DNA of 62,850 nucleotides, counting the filler, from Squatina squatina (taxonomy: Eukaryota), in assembly GCA_031763465.1 (NCBI GenBank). It is 3 parts of 3 records of this genome, joined end to end, with 100 filler letters (N's around TTAATTAATTAA, not from the genome) between each part and the next. Parts side by side here need not be neighbours in the genome. Positions count along the whole stretch, not along the records: positions 1 to 19,946 come from JARFOE010000100.1; 2 more parts are not named here. The stretch is one strand, 5' to 3'. A program made the position numbers and the translations under genes. This document shows positions 1 through 12,597 of this stretch, in pieces. The notes below the pieces were generated by a model. That model saw nothing but the letters and a program-made list of their open reading frames with translations, was not told where the DNA came from and searched no databases. The number at the start of each line of letters is the position of its first letter. The stretch's first letter is position 1.

Positions 1-851
1 GATCAAGAAAATTTAGGCGTAGCCTAATTACGTGCGTTGCACGCTTGTGGTCGAGTTTGTGTGATCTTTTACACCGGATATTTGCTGTAAACCCTGATTG
101 CAGGTGTCTCTGGGCGCACATGCACAGGAAATTTGCTGGGTGAGGAGAAGCACAAGCAATGTCTAGGGAATGTTGTACTACTGTTTCTGCCATTCTCTCT
201 AGTATATACTTGCTACTTTTTAAAAAATAAAATAAAAAAAATTTCTACTGGCATTTGTGCATACATAAAGGCATGCATGGTATTCCAGGAGTTATAATTT
301 AATGAATTCTTTAACAATGTCAACAGAATATGCTGCTTTCTACTTGGCACAGTGTATTATGATTCTTAAACTTGTGCAAGCATTTTTAAAGAATGTATAG
401 ACAGCATCCAGCTATGATCACTTACATTTTAATTTTGATGTAGCAATATGGCAGGGGTGAAATAGGAGGGAATTCACATGAATTGCATGCAGTCTGAGGT
501 TTGGTTTCCATCAAATCCTTTCACTGGAGAAAAATCAATACCCTACAATGCTTCAGGATAATCAAATTGGTAAACAAAAGAATCAACTGCAATATTTGTA
601 ACTGTTGAAATTTTTCATTCTGTGTATTTGAATTATACTTTCATAATGACATCCTATACTGAATGCTGTTCTAATGCTGTATTTTTTGTTAAATTTGTTT
701 TCAGAATTTCAATAGAAAACTGCTACCTGTGTTATTTCAGTCAGAGGATGATTGATCTTTAATTGCCCTCCTGAGACAGAAATGTAGCCAGGTGATTTGA
801 AGCTAAATATTGCACACACATTTGTTCAATAACTGCAATTTTATCTTTCAG

Positions 852-923
852 TTTCTTGGCAATGCTGAAGTTGAACAACCAAAGGGTACAGAAATTGTGA
901 AGGATGCTGTTCGTAAACTCAAG
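852..923 (+). CDS. GULP1: GULP1 (PTB-domain engulfment adaptor, CED-6 homologue) internal exon
   Basis: tttcag|...|gtatat boundaries; 72 nt, phase 0; translates [24 protein letters not shown], matching the recalled GULP1 PTB N-terminus ([24 protein letters not shown]). Confidence 0.93.
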
Positions 924-2478
924 GTATATGTTTCCCTAGTTTAACTTGGTTTTACTCCTCTTTAGATTTATCCTGATTCAGTTCTCAATTGAGAGGTTAA
1001 AAATAATCTCTTCCTTAGCCTGTGATGCTCCTAATTGGCTACTGGATGGCACATGAGAGCAAAATTAATTTGATATCTATCGGGGAAAGTGGCTCCTTAC
1101 TAGTCAGTGCATTAATGTGCTAAGATGCTTAATTTAGGCAATCTTTGAGGAAGAAATTTAGTGCTGGACTCCTACTACAACAATAATTTGAAACCAATTT
1201 AGCTCCAGAGATTATTCATCTGTTCATTGATTTTTATTTCATGCTCCTAAGGCTCATCCCCATGACCCAAGTAAACTTAATCACACTTCTTTCTCTTCAA
1301 AAAAAGTAACCAAGTTAAGTTCATTTATACTTTTCTTAATTATGGTTTTATTGGAATTTGATATTAAACATAACTGATTTAGTCTAAGAACTTCGAAGGA
1401 AACAGGTCAAAGACATCATAAAATTATGCACATGGGAACTCAATAGCAACACTCTATTCAATATTTTGCACCAGCATAATTTTCTGTCTACAAATCTTTA
1501 CTTTTCCCCATAAATCATTAAAATTGATTTCTGAAATTTGTCATATTTTATTCAATCACTGATTTTTTTAAATATTCAATAAAGGGTCTAAGCAAAATTG
1601 TATAACTCCCGAAATTACATTTTCACAGTGTCACAATTATATTTGCCCATTGAATTGGCTTTTAATGCCTTTGTTAAAGATTTTGTTTGACCTCTCTTAA
1701 AAGCACTTGATATTTTTTGCCAAGAACGGTGACCTGAATTTTGGTTGTGTAGTCTGAGGATGTGCAGTGTGCCTAATTTCTGAGGATGCATCAGTACTGT
1801 TTAAGATTTCCAGATTTATTTCCACAAATTAGTCTAGGTTTTCCTTAGGCTTTTCACCTATCCCAGGGAATTACAGGGCTTTCAGGTGGGGTCAGAGGGA
1901 GAGGGATCGGGAGCATATGTATTGTGATGCATAAGATTGTGTGGGACAGGCTGGATGGACCAGTGTCTTTTCCTGTCCATCATTGTTTGTATGCTCGTAA
2001 TCAGCTGTACATATGGTTTTTTTTTGATGCTTTGAGCAGTTTCTACATAGTTGTTTTGCAAAATTATTTCAACAAAAACTAGAAAAGAAATTTCAGAAGC
2101 TTTATTAAAGTTTATTGTGAAAATTGATTNNNNNNNNNNNNNNNNNNNNNNNNNNNNNNNNNNNNNNNNNNNNNNNNNNNNNNNNNNNNNNNNNNNNNNN
2201 NNNNNNNNNNNNNNNNNNNNNNNNNNNNNGCATCTGTGTGACAGAGATAGGTAGAGAATTATGGAGCAAGATGGTGCAGTCTGGGTTGATCAGGGTCAAA
2301 ATGAAGCATGTTAATTAGAACAAATGAGCCTAGTTTTAATTGCTCACTCCAGTTGGGATCTGTAAGGCACAACCAGTTAGTAAATATTACACTGAATTAA
2401 TCTTTTGTGGCTGTATTTCTTTTCCATTATTTTATAATTCTAAAGGATTAAAACATACGAATTTTGTTTACATTGCAG

Positions 2479-2616
2479 GAAATTCTGCATAATTGCCAAT
2501 TGCACCGAATATCTTTCTGTGCCGATGACAAAACCGACAAGAAGATATTTACTTTTATTTGCAAGGATGCTGAATCAAACAAACATATGTGTTATGTGTT
2601 TGACAGTGAGAAGTGT
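2479..2616 (+). CDS. GULP1: GULP1 internal exon, PTB domain core
   Basis: ttgcag|...|gtaagt; 138 nt; [46 protein letters not shown]. Confidence 0.96.
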
Positions 2617-3739
2617 GTAAGTATACAACACGATGAGCTGTTATGTTATAGGCCAAACTGCTGAGAAAGTTACTACGCTGGAATGTAATGCTGTGCACGA
2701 GTAATACAATTTATAAATGTGGTTGATTGATCAGCTATACATTTTCCATATGTTTGTATTTTTTTGTAAAATATATGTGTTAACCCAGCGAGTTGCAGAT
2801 GGGAATCCAAATGCAGCTTGCCATATTCAGGCTGGCCCATTATTTTTAGCTGCAGCTGCACTATTTGACTTCATTAACTGTAGGAGTACTAGAAGAGTTG
2901 GGACTGTTNNNNNNNNNNNNNNNNNNNNNNNNNNNNNNNNNNNNNNNNNNNNNNNNNNNNNNNNNNNNNNNNNNNNNNNNNNNNNNNNNNNNNNNNNNNN
3001 NNNNNNNNGCCGTGGTGGGATTCACTCATGTCTCTAGATTCCTAGTCCTGCAACTTAACCACTATGCTACCAAGTCCCCAAGTTGCTAATCTTTGTCAAA
3101 AAGGCTACAAGAATGGTCAATGTGCAAATTGGAAAATAATCACACTGCCCCTTTACTGCTAAAGTTGGGTCATCTGGATCTGAACCCTGGTATGTCTGAC
3201 TGGGAGTCTTTAATGTTGACCAAAAAAGTGTTCTAGTCACTTGGTCTTACCATGCACCTTGAGCACACAATTCATCAAAAAAAAACTCTATGATCCTCAT
3301 ATAGAGTTTCCTGAAAAGCAGAACTGGACTGGCCACTTCAGGGGGCACAGAGTGGTGAATTCAACCTTGCATTACATAGAAGGAAGTTAGACGATTGGAT
3401 TTGAGTTCACAAATAAGAGCTTTGTGAGTCTTCCTCAGAATATTTCTGAAAGACGGAATGAAAATAATTTCAAGTGGAAATTTCTATAGCTTTTACCTTT
3501 TATGCTAAACCCACAACGCTGCATTACTTCTGTGCATTTTGTTTCATTGATCATGTTTTGAGTTTCTGGTGGAGTAGTGTTGTTAACGTAGTACTGCTAG
3601 CAAAGGCTTTTGGCATGCACTGTTTGCTGTAAAATACTGAACATCCGTTACCTATTTACTTGTAATAAAATCAGCTGTATTGGTAGCGATAATTGTTATT
3701 AATTATTTCTACTAATGCCTTGCTTTGTTTGAATTATAG

Positions 3740-3875
3740 AGAGGTGTGGCACCTCGATCTCCGAGCACAGACCTATTTGATATGGTTCCATTTTCACCTG
3801 CATCTCCTCTTTTACCAACACCATCCAGTAATGGCACAGAACTGCCTCCTTTACCTGTTAGATCTTCTGCGACCA
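3740..3875 (+). CDS. GULP1: GULP1 exon, Pro/Ser-rich region
   Basis: ttatag|...|gtgagt; RGVAPRSPSTDLFDMVPFSPASPLLPTPSSNGTELPPLPVRSSAT resembles human KSPSTDIFDMIPFSP...NGTQPPPVPSRS; ends in phase 1, compatible with the next exon. The exact acceptor could shift by a few nt. Confidence 0.88.
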
Positions 3876-4343
3876 GTGAGTTTGTTTTTTAAAAACTGCA
3901 TTAACATCTAANNNNNNNNNNTCTCCTTATCAGCCTGAATGTTTGTTGGATGATATATATTTTGGCAGTGAAATATACCAGTTGTTGGATTGTCATAACT
4001 GGCATAAATTACTGAGATTTTTAATGGAATAAAGTTTATAAAGTTTCTTTTTGAGTTGGTTACATATACTGAGTGTTTAATTAAATTATGCATCTTTCAT
4101 GGTTGAGTAGGCTTCAAAGAGTAATTTATTTTTGCAACTTCTCTTGCTTAAAAAATGAATATAGATATTATTTAAATTGATGCCAGTAGTTAGTCCCAAA
4201 ATAATGATTGTTCACAACAAAATAAATCAGTAAGTTTGATCAGCAAATATAACAATTATGGCGATTGTGATTTTTTTCCATGTCATCAGCTGACTGCATT
4301 GGGTTTTGCAAAGACTAGAAATATCCTTTACTATCCTTTGCAG

Positions 4344-4438
4344 GAAGAGATATTTTTGGTGCTGAGCCATTTGACCCTTTCATCTCGGGTGGGGGAGACT
4401 TTCCACCAGACATTCAGTCTAAACTGGATGAAATGCAG
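4344..4438 (+). CDS. GULP1: GULP1 penultimate coding exon
   Basis: ttgcag|...|gtgaat; (R)[31 protein letters not shown] matches GULP1 [12 protein letters not shown]...[14 protein letters not shown]. The terminal exon is not visible and is probably in a gap. Confidence 0.93.
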
Positions 4439-5444
4439 GTGAATAATCTGGTTGCACATTGAACAATTTGCATTTTCTTTCACAGTCGTTAAGGATATGA
4501 TTTTGCAAGTTAAAATTCAGATCTGGAAGTAAAACTATTAAGTGTATCTATTCATGCTCCTGTGTTCTTAAATGTGAAGAGTGCAAATGCGACAGAGTAA
4601 GGAAGGTTATGAGTACATGTTAACACTTTTTATAAATCAGCTATAGACTACATGCAAATCAGCAGTTCATCTCTGAACATTTTTTAATGAATAATCACTG
4701 CAGTGCCTTGAGCAGCATAGCAGAATGAGCATATATTTCATCATAAAAACATAATGGACCTGTGACCTTTAGGTGTGAGAAAATGAATGCATGATCTGAA
4801 TTTTTAAGTGTGCGTGCCTCCTAAAAGAAAAATTACACTATGCACTTTATGATTGCAAAATACCTTTGGCTTCACATCTACACAGTACATTTTGGGTGCA
4901 AAATTGCTGATTTACCAGTTTAAGAAGGCAGTGTAAGACCTGTTCAAGGAGGTGTTCTGATGGTCATGCAGCAACTGATGCAGAGTGAAATTTTAAAAGT
5001 CCCTTTCCANNNNNNNNNNATAGGACCGCCCAAATCTCTGATAAAATTAAAATGTAACCAGGATTCCGTTGCTTGCAGGGCCCTCTGTTTTCTGCAGCTA
5101 GAAAGTGATGCAGATACAGCCAAAGACTGACATAGGGTAATATAATTATGCCCTACAATCAATTAAAGAGAGTTAAGATAACATTTCAAATATCAATACC
5201 AATTATGGTTAACAGTGTTTGTTTATACAAGGCCAAATTAAAGACATTTACTTTTTTTTAAAAATGAAGCATGATAGTTGCAATTTGAGTTGCTACACTC
5301 ATCTGTGAAGAAGACATCTTTAGTACACAAGACATCTTTTGACANNNNNNNNNNNNNNNNNNNNNNNNNNNNNNNNNNNNNNNNNNNNNNNNNNNNNNNN
5401 NNNNNNNNNNNNNNNNNNNNNNNNNNNNNNNNNNNNNNNNNNNN

Positions 5445-5880
5445 TTAAACCTGGCATTACCTTTTCAGAGTTAAAGTATTTCCACAAATTGTAATAAACA
5501 AGCATCTGCATGCTTTGCCAGTATTTCATATAACTATCTTTATTGTTTGCAATGTGCAGAATCTAAAGTCTTCCTGTTTCTATCTGCACCTATATCAAAT
5601 GACATTTTTCACTTGAAGATTAGTCACATTATGATACGTCTTAATGCTTTAAAATATATTTATCAGTAACATCCGTATATTCGCCAATATTTGTCTTATG
5701 CAATTTATATTGTGAGAGTGGTATAGTGTACCACTGTTTATGTTATCAGTGACTATTATTTTTTTAAATCAAATTGCATCACTCAAGTAACTGTATAGTC
5801 ACTGTTGGTCACAAATTTTAACAAAATAGAGTTAATTTTACATGAATAAAGCTAACATGCATATAAATGTGTTCCTTCAA
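5445..5880 (+). other. Candidate GULP1 3'UTR segment with polyA signal
   Basis: AT-rich unique sequence downstream of the GULP1 exons, with AATAAA at 5845-5850; the assignment is positional only. Confidence 0.3.
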
Positions 5881-7039
5881 AACCATTTCCTGTTCCTAAA
5901 TTTACAGTAGTGATTGTCAACATAGAAATAGTAATGGCAATATTTGTTTAACTTTAAGTATCTGTTGGAATAACTGCTAGGGAATTAACACAAACCTCGA
6001 GGAAAAAAAGTATAATTTAGATTCATAATTATATCAGTGTTATACCAGTATCTGGTACTATTGAATATACATAAAGATTTTGCTGAACCAAAAAAGTTAA
6101 TATTGCTTCATAGACACATATTGTTGTATTCTTGATCAGTCTGGAAAGTGGAGGTAGACCAAGTCTGTAACACCGGTATATCTTTGTAACGTCTATTAGT
6201 TTTAAAAGTCTCCTTCAATTGCCAATAATAAAATTTTTTTAAAATGTAGATTGACTCATAAACACCTGTTGAATCCTCTTCAGAGCTTTTATATGAAATT
6301 GGTCTCACGAAAGCAAAAGTTTGATAAAGTGTGGTTGTTACTTTTCCCATAGAGATGTAATTACATGGGATGCCAAACAGTGGAGGAAAAAGGATAGTAC
6401 AAGAAAATAAATGAAAATGTTCATTTATCCACAACATTTGAAATCAGCATGTAGCTGTCCTTGTCAGATACTGCAGCTGGGCATCATCTGACCATAAACA
6501 ACTGATGTGAAACTGTATTGGAAATTGAAGTTACTTTTGCTTAAACGTGATTTGTTTTAAATTGACGAGATTGGATTACCATTGACCAGCTAGGTCACTT
6601 GGGTGCAAGGCTGTGATGTTTGATGCAATAGGAAAATAGTGCAAATGACAGTGACTAAGCTATCACATTTTTAAAACTAATATGACAGACATAGACGGTA
6701 ATTTGTATAATTCCCATGCTTACCCTTTGCTTACATTGAATAGGTTGGCCAATAAAAAGCCAAACTATCAGACTATCTGAGAATTTATATCCTTTCAACT
6801 TCGCTTACCAAAGGCTGAAAATACCTGTTCACATGAGTTACCAGAATGTAATATTTCAAGCCTATTTTACTATATTTAGCTTAAGGAATTACATTATCAC
6901 CCTCCTGGATTAAGACCCACAAAGCCCAGTACATAGACCCATGGTATGTTGTCAATTAGTCATGTTCACGAACGGTAAGAATCTAGTTAATTCTGTCCCA
7001 AAGTCCATTGAGTGCATTGACAAGACAAAAAAAGTACTT

Positions 7040-7171
7040 AGAAACACAGAAGATAGGAGCAGGAGTAGGCCATTCGGCCCTTCGAGCCTGTTCTGCCATT
7101 CAATGAGATCATGGCTGATCTTCCAACTTCAGTACCCTGTCCCTGCTTTCTCCCCGTATCCCTTGATCCCT
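7040..7171 (-). mobile_element. CR1/HER1-type LINE 3' tail
   Basis: Reverse complement of the recurring tail GAATGGC..AGGCTCGAAGGGCCGAATGGCCTACTCCTGCTCCTAT, also seen at about 20050, 40685 and 47290. Confidence 0.85.
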
Positions 7172-7271
7172 NNNNNNNNNNNNNNNNNNNNNNNNNNNNN
7201 NNNNNNNNNNNNNNNNNNNNNNNNNNNNNNNNNNNNNNNNNNNNNNNNNNNNNNNNNNNNNNNNNNNNNNN

Positions 7272-7636
7272 GTTCCTACAATGTGTACAGGACTCCTTTC
7301 TATGTAAATATGTAAAAAGGGAGGATTCGCTATTGGCTCTAGTAATGGGGAATGAATCAGAGCAGATAAGAGAAGTAGAAGTAGGGGAATATCTAGGCAC
7401 TAGTGACCATAATATAATATGCTTTAAGATAATAATTGAGAAGGATATAGGCATGACAAAGACCAGGGTAATAGTTTGGATAAAAAAGTGATTTAGAGGA
7501 GCTGAGAATTGTACTTGGGAAAATAAAATGGACAACGATATTAGCAATGATATAGAACAGCAATATGAAACATTTAAAAATGCAGGGCTACGGGGAAAGG
7601 GCGGAGGAGTGGGACTAGCTGAATTCTATGATTCTA
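7272..7636 (+). mobile_element. Decayed CR1 LINE ORF2 fragment (end of APE endonuclease) joined to a 3' tail piece
   Basis: FLQCVQDSFL...LVMGNE...VGEYLGTSDHNIICF carries the CR1 APE C-terminal SDH motif. Confidence 0.85.
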
Positions 7637-8017
7637 AAGACTAAAAGTTACCAAACGAAGCAATGGCCATGATTTCATCAACCGTGGTGAGTCCAGGGTG
7701 GCCGGGGTCTTTAGCAAGGTTCTGACCCGCTGTTGGTTCCAGCCTGCTCTCTGCAAGTAATTTTACGATGATGAGGCTTGTTAAGCCCGCCTAGGGAGGT
7801 TCCCAGCCAATTAAAAGGATGCAGGTCTGATGACGTCATTTGACACCCGCCATCAGCCGGTTTCCTTAAAGGAACCATGTCAACATTGATTTTAACAGTT
7901 GTGCTGTCAATGTTCTANNNNNNNNNNNNNNNNNNNNNNNNNNNNNNNNNNNNNNNNNNNNNNNNNNNNNNNNNNNNNNNNNNNNNNNNNNNNNNNNNNN
8001 NNNNNNNNNNNNNNNNN

Positions 8018-8882
8018 CTAAAAAAGGGAAGAGGGGCAAAGAGTGTATGAGAATAGATGATCGACTAACACAAAAGGAAACCCAACAGTCTTTCAGAAAC
8101 ACAAATAGTAAAAGGGTAATCAAAGGAAGGGTGGGGCCAATTAGGGACCAAAAAGGAGATCTTCTTGTGGAGGCAAGTGGCATGGATGAGGTACTAAATA
8201 AGTACTTTGCATCTGTCTTCACTAGAGAAGGGGATGTTGCCAGTGTAGCAGTGAAGGAGGAGGCAATAGTGATGTGATATGTGATAGGGTAAAAATAGAC
8301 AAAGAGGAGGTTGGGCAGTCTTCAAGGTAGAAAAGTCACCCAGTCTGGATGGCATCCTAGGTTACTGAGGGAAGCAAGGGTGGAAATTGTGTGGTATCTC
8401 TGGTCACATCTTCCAATCCTCCTTGGATATGGGGTGGTGCCCGAGGACTGGAGGATTGCAAATGTTACCAATTGCAAATGTTACCAGTGTTTAAATAAGG
8501 GGAAAGGGACAAACCTGGCAGCTACAGGCCAGTTAGCTGAACGTCGGTGGTGGGGAAACTATTAGAGATAATAATCCATGACAAATTAATTGGCATCAGG
8601 AAAAGTATGGGCTAAAAAAAAGAAAGTTAGTACGGATTTGTTAAAAGCAAGTTGGCTAATTTGGTCAAGTTCTTGGATGAAGTCATGGAAAGAGTTGATG
8701 AAAGTAGATGTTCGGTATATGGGCTTTCAAAAGGCGTTTGCTAAAGTGTTACATAATAAACTTGTGAGCAAAATTAAAGCCCATGGGATTAAAGAGACAG
8801 TGGCAACATTAGATACAAAATTGGCTAAGGGACAGAAAACAGGGAATAGTGTTGAACAGTTGTTTATCGGACTGGAGGGAGG
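8018..8882 (+). mobile_element. Decayed CR1 LINE ORF2 (tether and RT N-terminus)
   Basis: EVLNKYFASVFT, GVVPEDWRIANVT and YMGFQKAFAKV motifs spread over shifting frames with stops. Confidence 0.9.
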
Positions 8883-9149
8883 NNNNNNNNNNNNNNNNNN
8901 NNNNNNNNNNNNNNNNNNNNNNNNNNNNNNNNNNNNNNNNNNNNNNNNNNNNNNNNNNNNNNNNNNNNNNNNNNNNNNNNNNTCCTTCATTTTAGTTGGT
9001 AGACTGATGCATCTTCTCAGCAGCACTCCGAGCTTAGGAAAATGGAGGACGCCGTGGGACCCATCAGCAACTGGCAAAAGAGTGGCAGCCACCCTCTTTT
9101 CGGGATTTTTTTTATGGTAACGGTGGTGTAAAGCCCCCAAATATTTAGC

Positions 9150-10799
9150 CCATAAGAGTTTAAAATGAGACAGACAAGGGAGACTTATGATCATTTTAAG
9201 GCTCATTCATAATACAGCTGAATATACATAGTACAGAGGAGATCTTAAAAAAAGGGAATAAGAGAGGCAAAGAGAGAATATGAGAATAGATGAGTGACTA
9301 ATATAAAATTGAATGCAAAAGTTTTTTTATAAACATAGAAATAGTAAAAGGTTAGTCAAAGGAAGGGTGGGGCTGATTAGGGAGCAAAAAGGAGAGTTTC
9401 TTGTGGAGGCTGAGGGCTTGGCTGAGGTATTAAATGAGTTACTTGCATCTGTCTTCACTAGAGAAGAGGATTCTGCCAATATCACAGTAAAGGAAGAGGT
9501 AGTAGAGAAATTGGATAGGATAAACATAATTGAAGAAGAAGTACTTAATGTTTGGCAGTGCTCAAAGAAGAAATGTTACCCGGTCCGGATGGGATACATC
9601 CTAGGTTGCTGAGGGAAATAGGGCTGGAAATTACAGAGGCTCTGGCCACAATATTCCAATCCTCCTTATATATGGAAGTGGTGCCATAGGACTGGAGGAT
9701 TGCAAAAGTTACACCCCTGTTCAAAAAAGGTGGGTATAGCAATTACAGGTCTATCAACCTAACGTCAGTGGTTGGGATACTTTGAAACATTAATCTGGGA
9801 CAAAATTAATTGACACATGGAAAAATATGTTTTAATAAATGAAAGCTAGTATGGATTTTCTAAAGGCAAATCATGTTTGACCAATTTGATTTGAGTTCTT
9901 TGAAGAGGGTGGATTAGGGTAGTGTAGTTGATGTATATATGAACTGTCAAAAGGTATTCGATAAGGTACCACTTAATAGATTTGTTAGAATAATTGAAGC
10001 CCTTGGGATTAAAGGGGCAATGATTGCGTGGATACAACATTGGCTAAGGGAAATGAGGCAGAGAGTCGCGGTGAACAATTTTTCAGACTGGAAAGAAGGG
10101 CATCACAGACCACTGCTCTTTTTGATATAGGTTAATGACCGAGACAAGTACACAGTATAATTTCAAAGTTTTCAGATAACATGAAACTTGGAAATGCTGT
10201 GGACAATGAGGCACATAGCAACAAACTTCAGGAGGATATACAGACTGGTGAAATGTGCAGACACATAGCAGGTGAAGTTTAACACAGAAGTGTGAAGTGA
10301 TTCATTTTAGTAGGAAGAATGAGGAGCGGCAATAGAAACTAAATGGTACAATTTTAAAAGGGATGCAGGAACAAAGAGACCTGGGGGTGTAAGTACACAA
10401 GGTTTTGAAGTTGGCAGGACAAGTTGAGAAGGTTGTTAAAAAGGCATACGGGATCCTTGGCTTTATAANNNNNNNNNNAAGCAAGTTATGCTAAACCTTT
10501 ATAAAACACCGATTTGACCCAAACTGTAGTATTGTGGCTAATTCTGGGCACCACACTTTAGGAATGATGGCATGGCCTTGGAGAGTGCGTTGAGGAAATT
10601 TACTGGAATGGTACTAGGGATGAAAGACTTCAGTTATTTGGAGACTGGAGAAATTGGGGTTGTTCCACTTTGAGCAGAAAAGATTAAGGAAAGATTTGAT
10701 AGAGTATATAAGGAGAAACTGTTTCCAGTGCCAGAAGGTTCAGTAACGAAAAGACACAGATATAATGTAATCGGCAAAAGAACCAGAGGTGACATGAGG
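9150..10799 (+). mobile_element. Decayed CR1 LINE ORF2 (RT through C-terminus)
   Basis: AEVLNELLASVFTREED, DWRIAKVTPLFKKG, QKVFDKVP, IQHWLREMRQRV and FWAPHFR motifs; many frameshifts and stops. Confidence 0.92.
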
Positions 10800-10899
10800 N
10801 NNNNNNNNNNNNNNNNNNNNNNNNNNNNNNNNNNNNNNNNNNNNNNNNNNNNNNNNNNNNNNNNNNNNNNNNNNNNNNNNNNNNNNNNNNNNNNNNNNN

Positions 10900-11236
10900 T
10901 AGATTTTTTAGCAAAATTAAAGCCCATTTAAAGGGACTGTGGTGGCATGAATACAAAATTGGCTAAGGGGTAGAAAGCAGAGTGTAGTGGTGAATGGTTG
11001 TTTTTCAGACTTGAGGGAAGTATACAATGGTGTTCCCCAGAGGTCAGTAATATGACCACTGCTCTTTTTGATATATATTAATGACCTGGTATTGGGTATA
11101 CAGGGCATAATTTCAAAGTTTGCAACTAATAGAAAACTCGGAAATGTAGTAAACAATGAGGAGGATAATAAGCTTCAGTAGGTCATAGACTGGTAAAATG
11201 GGCAGACATGTGGCGGATGAAATTTAATGCAGACAG
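10900..11236 (+). mobile_element. CR1 LINE RT fragment
   Basis: NWLRGRKQSVVVNG...GVPQRSV..PLLFLIYINDL...ISKFA-type RT motifs, degenerate. Confidence 0.85.
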
Positions 11237-11920
11237 GTGACTAAAGTAGTGGACAGGGGAGTGTCCATAGATGTTATTTATATGGACTTCGAGGAAACAT
11301 TTGATGACATCACACATAAGAGACTGTTAACTAAGGTCCATGGAATTGAAGATAAATTAATTATTGACCTGGTTAGGAAATTGGCTGGGCGGCAAGAGAC
11401 AGAGGGTAGGGATAATCGACAGGTACTCTAAGTGGCAGGATGTGACTAGTGGTGTTCCATAGGGATCTGTTTTGGGGCCTCAATTATTCACAGTATTTAT
11501 TAACGACTTAGATGATGGCATAGAAAGCGAAACATCCAAATTTGCCGATGACACAAAGATTGTAGGTAGTGTAGATGAAAGCATAATATTACAAAGAGAT
11601 ATTGATAGATTAAGTGAATGGGCAAAACTGTGGCAAATGGATTTCAATGTTTTGGACCTAAAAAGGATAGAACAGGATACTTTCTAAATGGTGAAAAGCT
11701 AAAAACAGTGGAGGTCCAAAGAGACTTGGGGGTCCAGGTACACAGATCATTAAAATATCATGAACAGGTACAGAAAATAATCAGAAAGGCTAATGGAATG
11801 CCAGCCTTTATATCCAGAGGATTGGAATACAAGAAGGTAGATGTTATGCTGCAGCTGTACAAAGCACAGGTTATACCACGCCTGGAGTACGGTGTTCAGT
11901 TCTGGGCACCACACCTCAGA
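11237..11920 (+). mobile_element. CR1 LINE RT fragment from a different subfamily
   Basis: [28 protein letters not shown] (catalytic motif), QRDLGVQVH and RLEYGVQFWAPHLR. Confidence 0.92.
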
Positions 11921-12597
11921 ATCCTCACACTTAGGTCGAGGAGGAGATCACACTCAACTGTTAGGGCTCACCACCAGCAATTGTGCACCATCTTGCTTTC
12001 CAAAGATCTCTTAGCTTCACTAAATGCTGCTTTTGTCTCCCTCAATTGTGGGTGATATTTGTCCCTATTCTCTTGTAAACTGAATTCACCGTGATCTGAA
12101 CTGGGTTCAATGTAAAACAGTTTGGGGAGTCAGGCACCATTCACCCAAGACCTACTCTGGCCGGTAAAACCGCAGACGGTCCCTTAGTAAGGATTCCTCT
12201 GGTTCCTCAGCATACATTTGACAGGATACCGAAACCCCATACGTTTGTCAGGCTACCGAAACGCAGCTTTCTTACAGTCCACTCCTGGAGGCCCCACTCC
12301 CTGAGCCTACAACCTTCAGCAGGATCAGTGATGGGGTTCCGCAGCAGGAGTGATCCCAGAGTAACTGTCGGGATCGCACCCCCGTGGATGTTCTGGGTTG
12401 TGTGTTTTTAGTTATCCCGGTGTCTAACGCGCACATCAATAAAACAGGGAATTCCTGGAAACACGCTTCAGGTCCTTCTTTATCTGGAGATCAAATGNNN
12501 NNNNNNNNNNNNNNNNNNNNNNNNNNNNNNNNNNNNNNNNNNNNNNNNNNNNNNNNNNNNNNNNNNNNNNNNNNNNNNNNNNNNNNNNNNNNNNNNN

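Noticed and set aside
8455-8486. 16-bp direct repeat ATTGCAAATGTTACCA x2
   Set aside because: A local duplication inside a dead CR1; there is no spacer structure, and CRISPR is not applicable to this vertebrate DNA.
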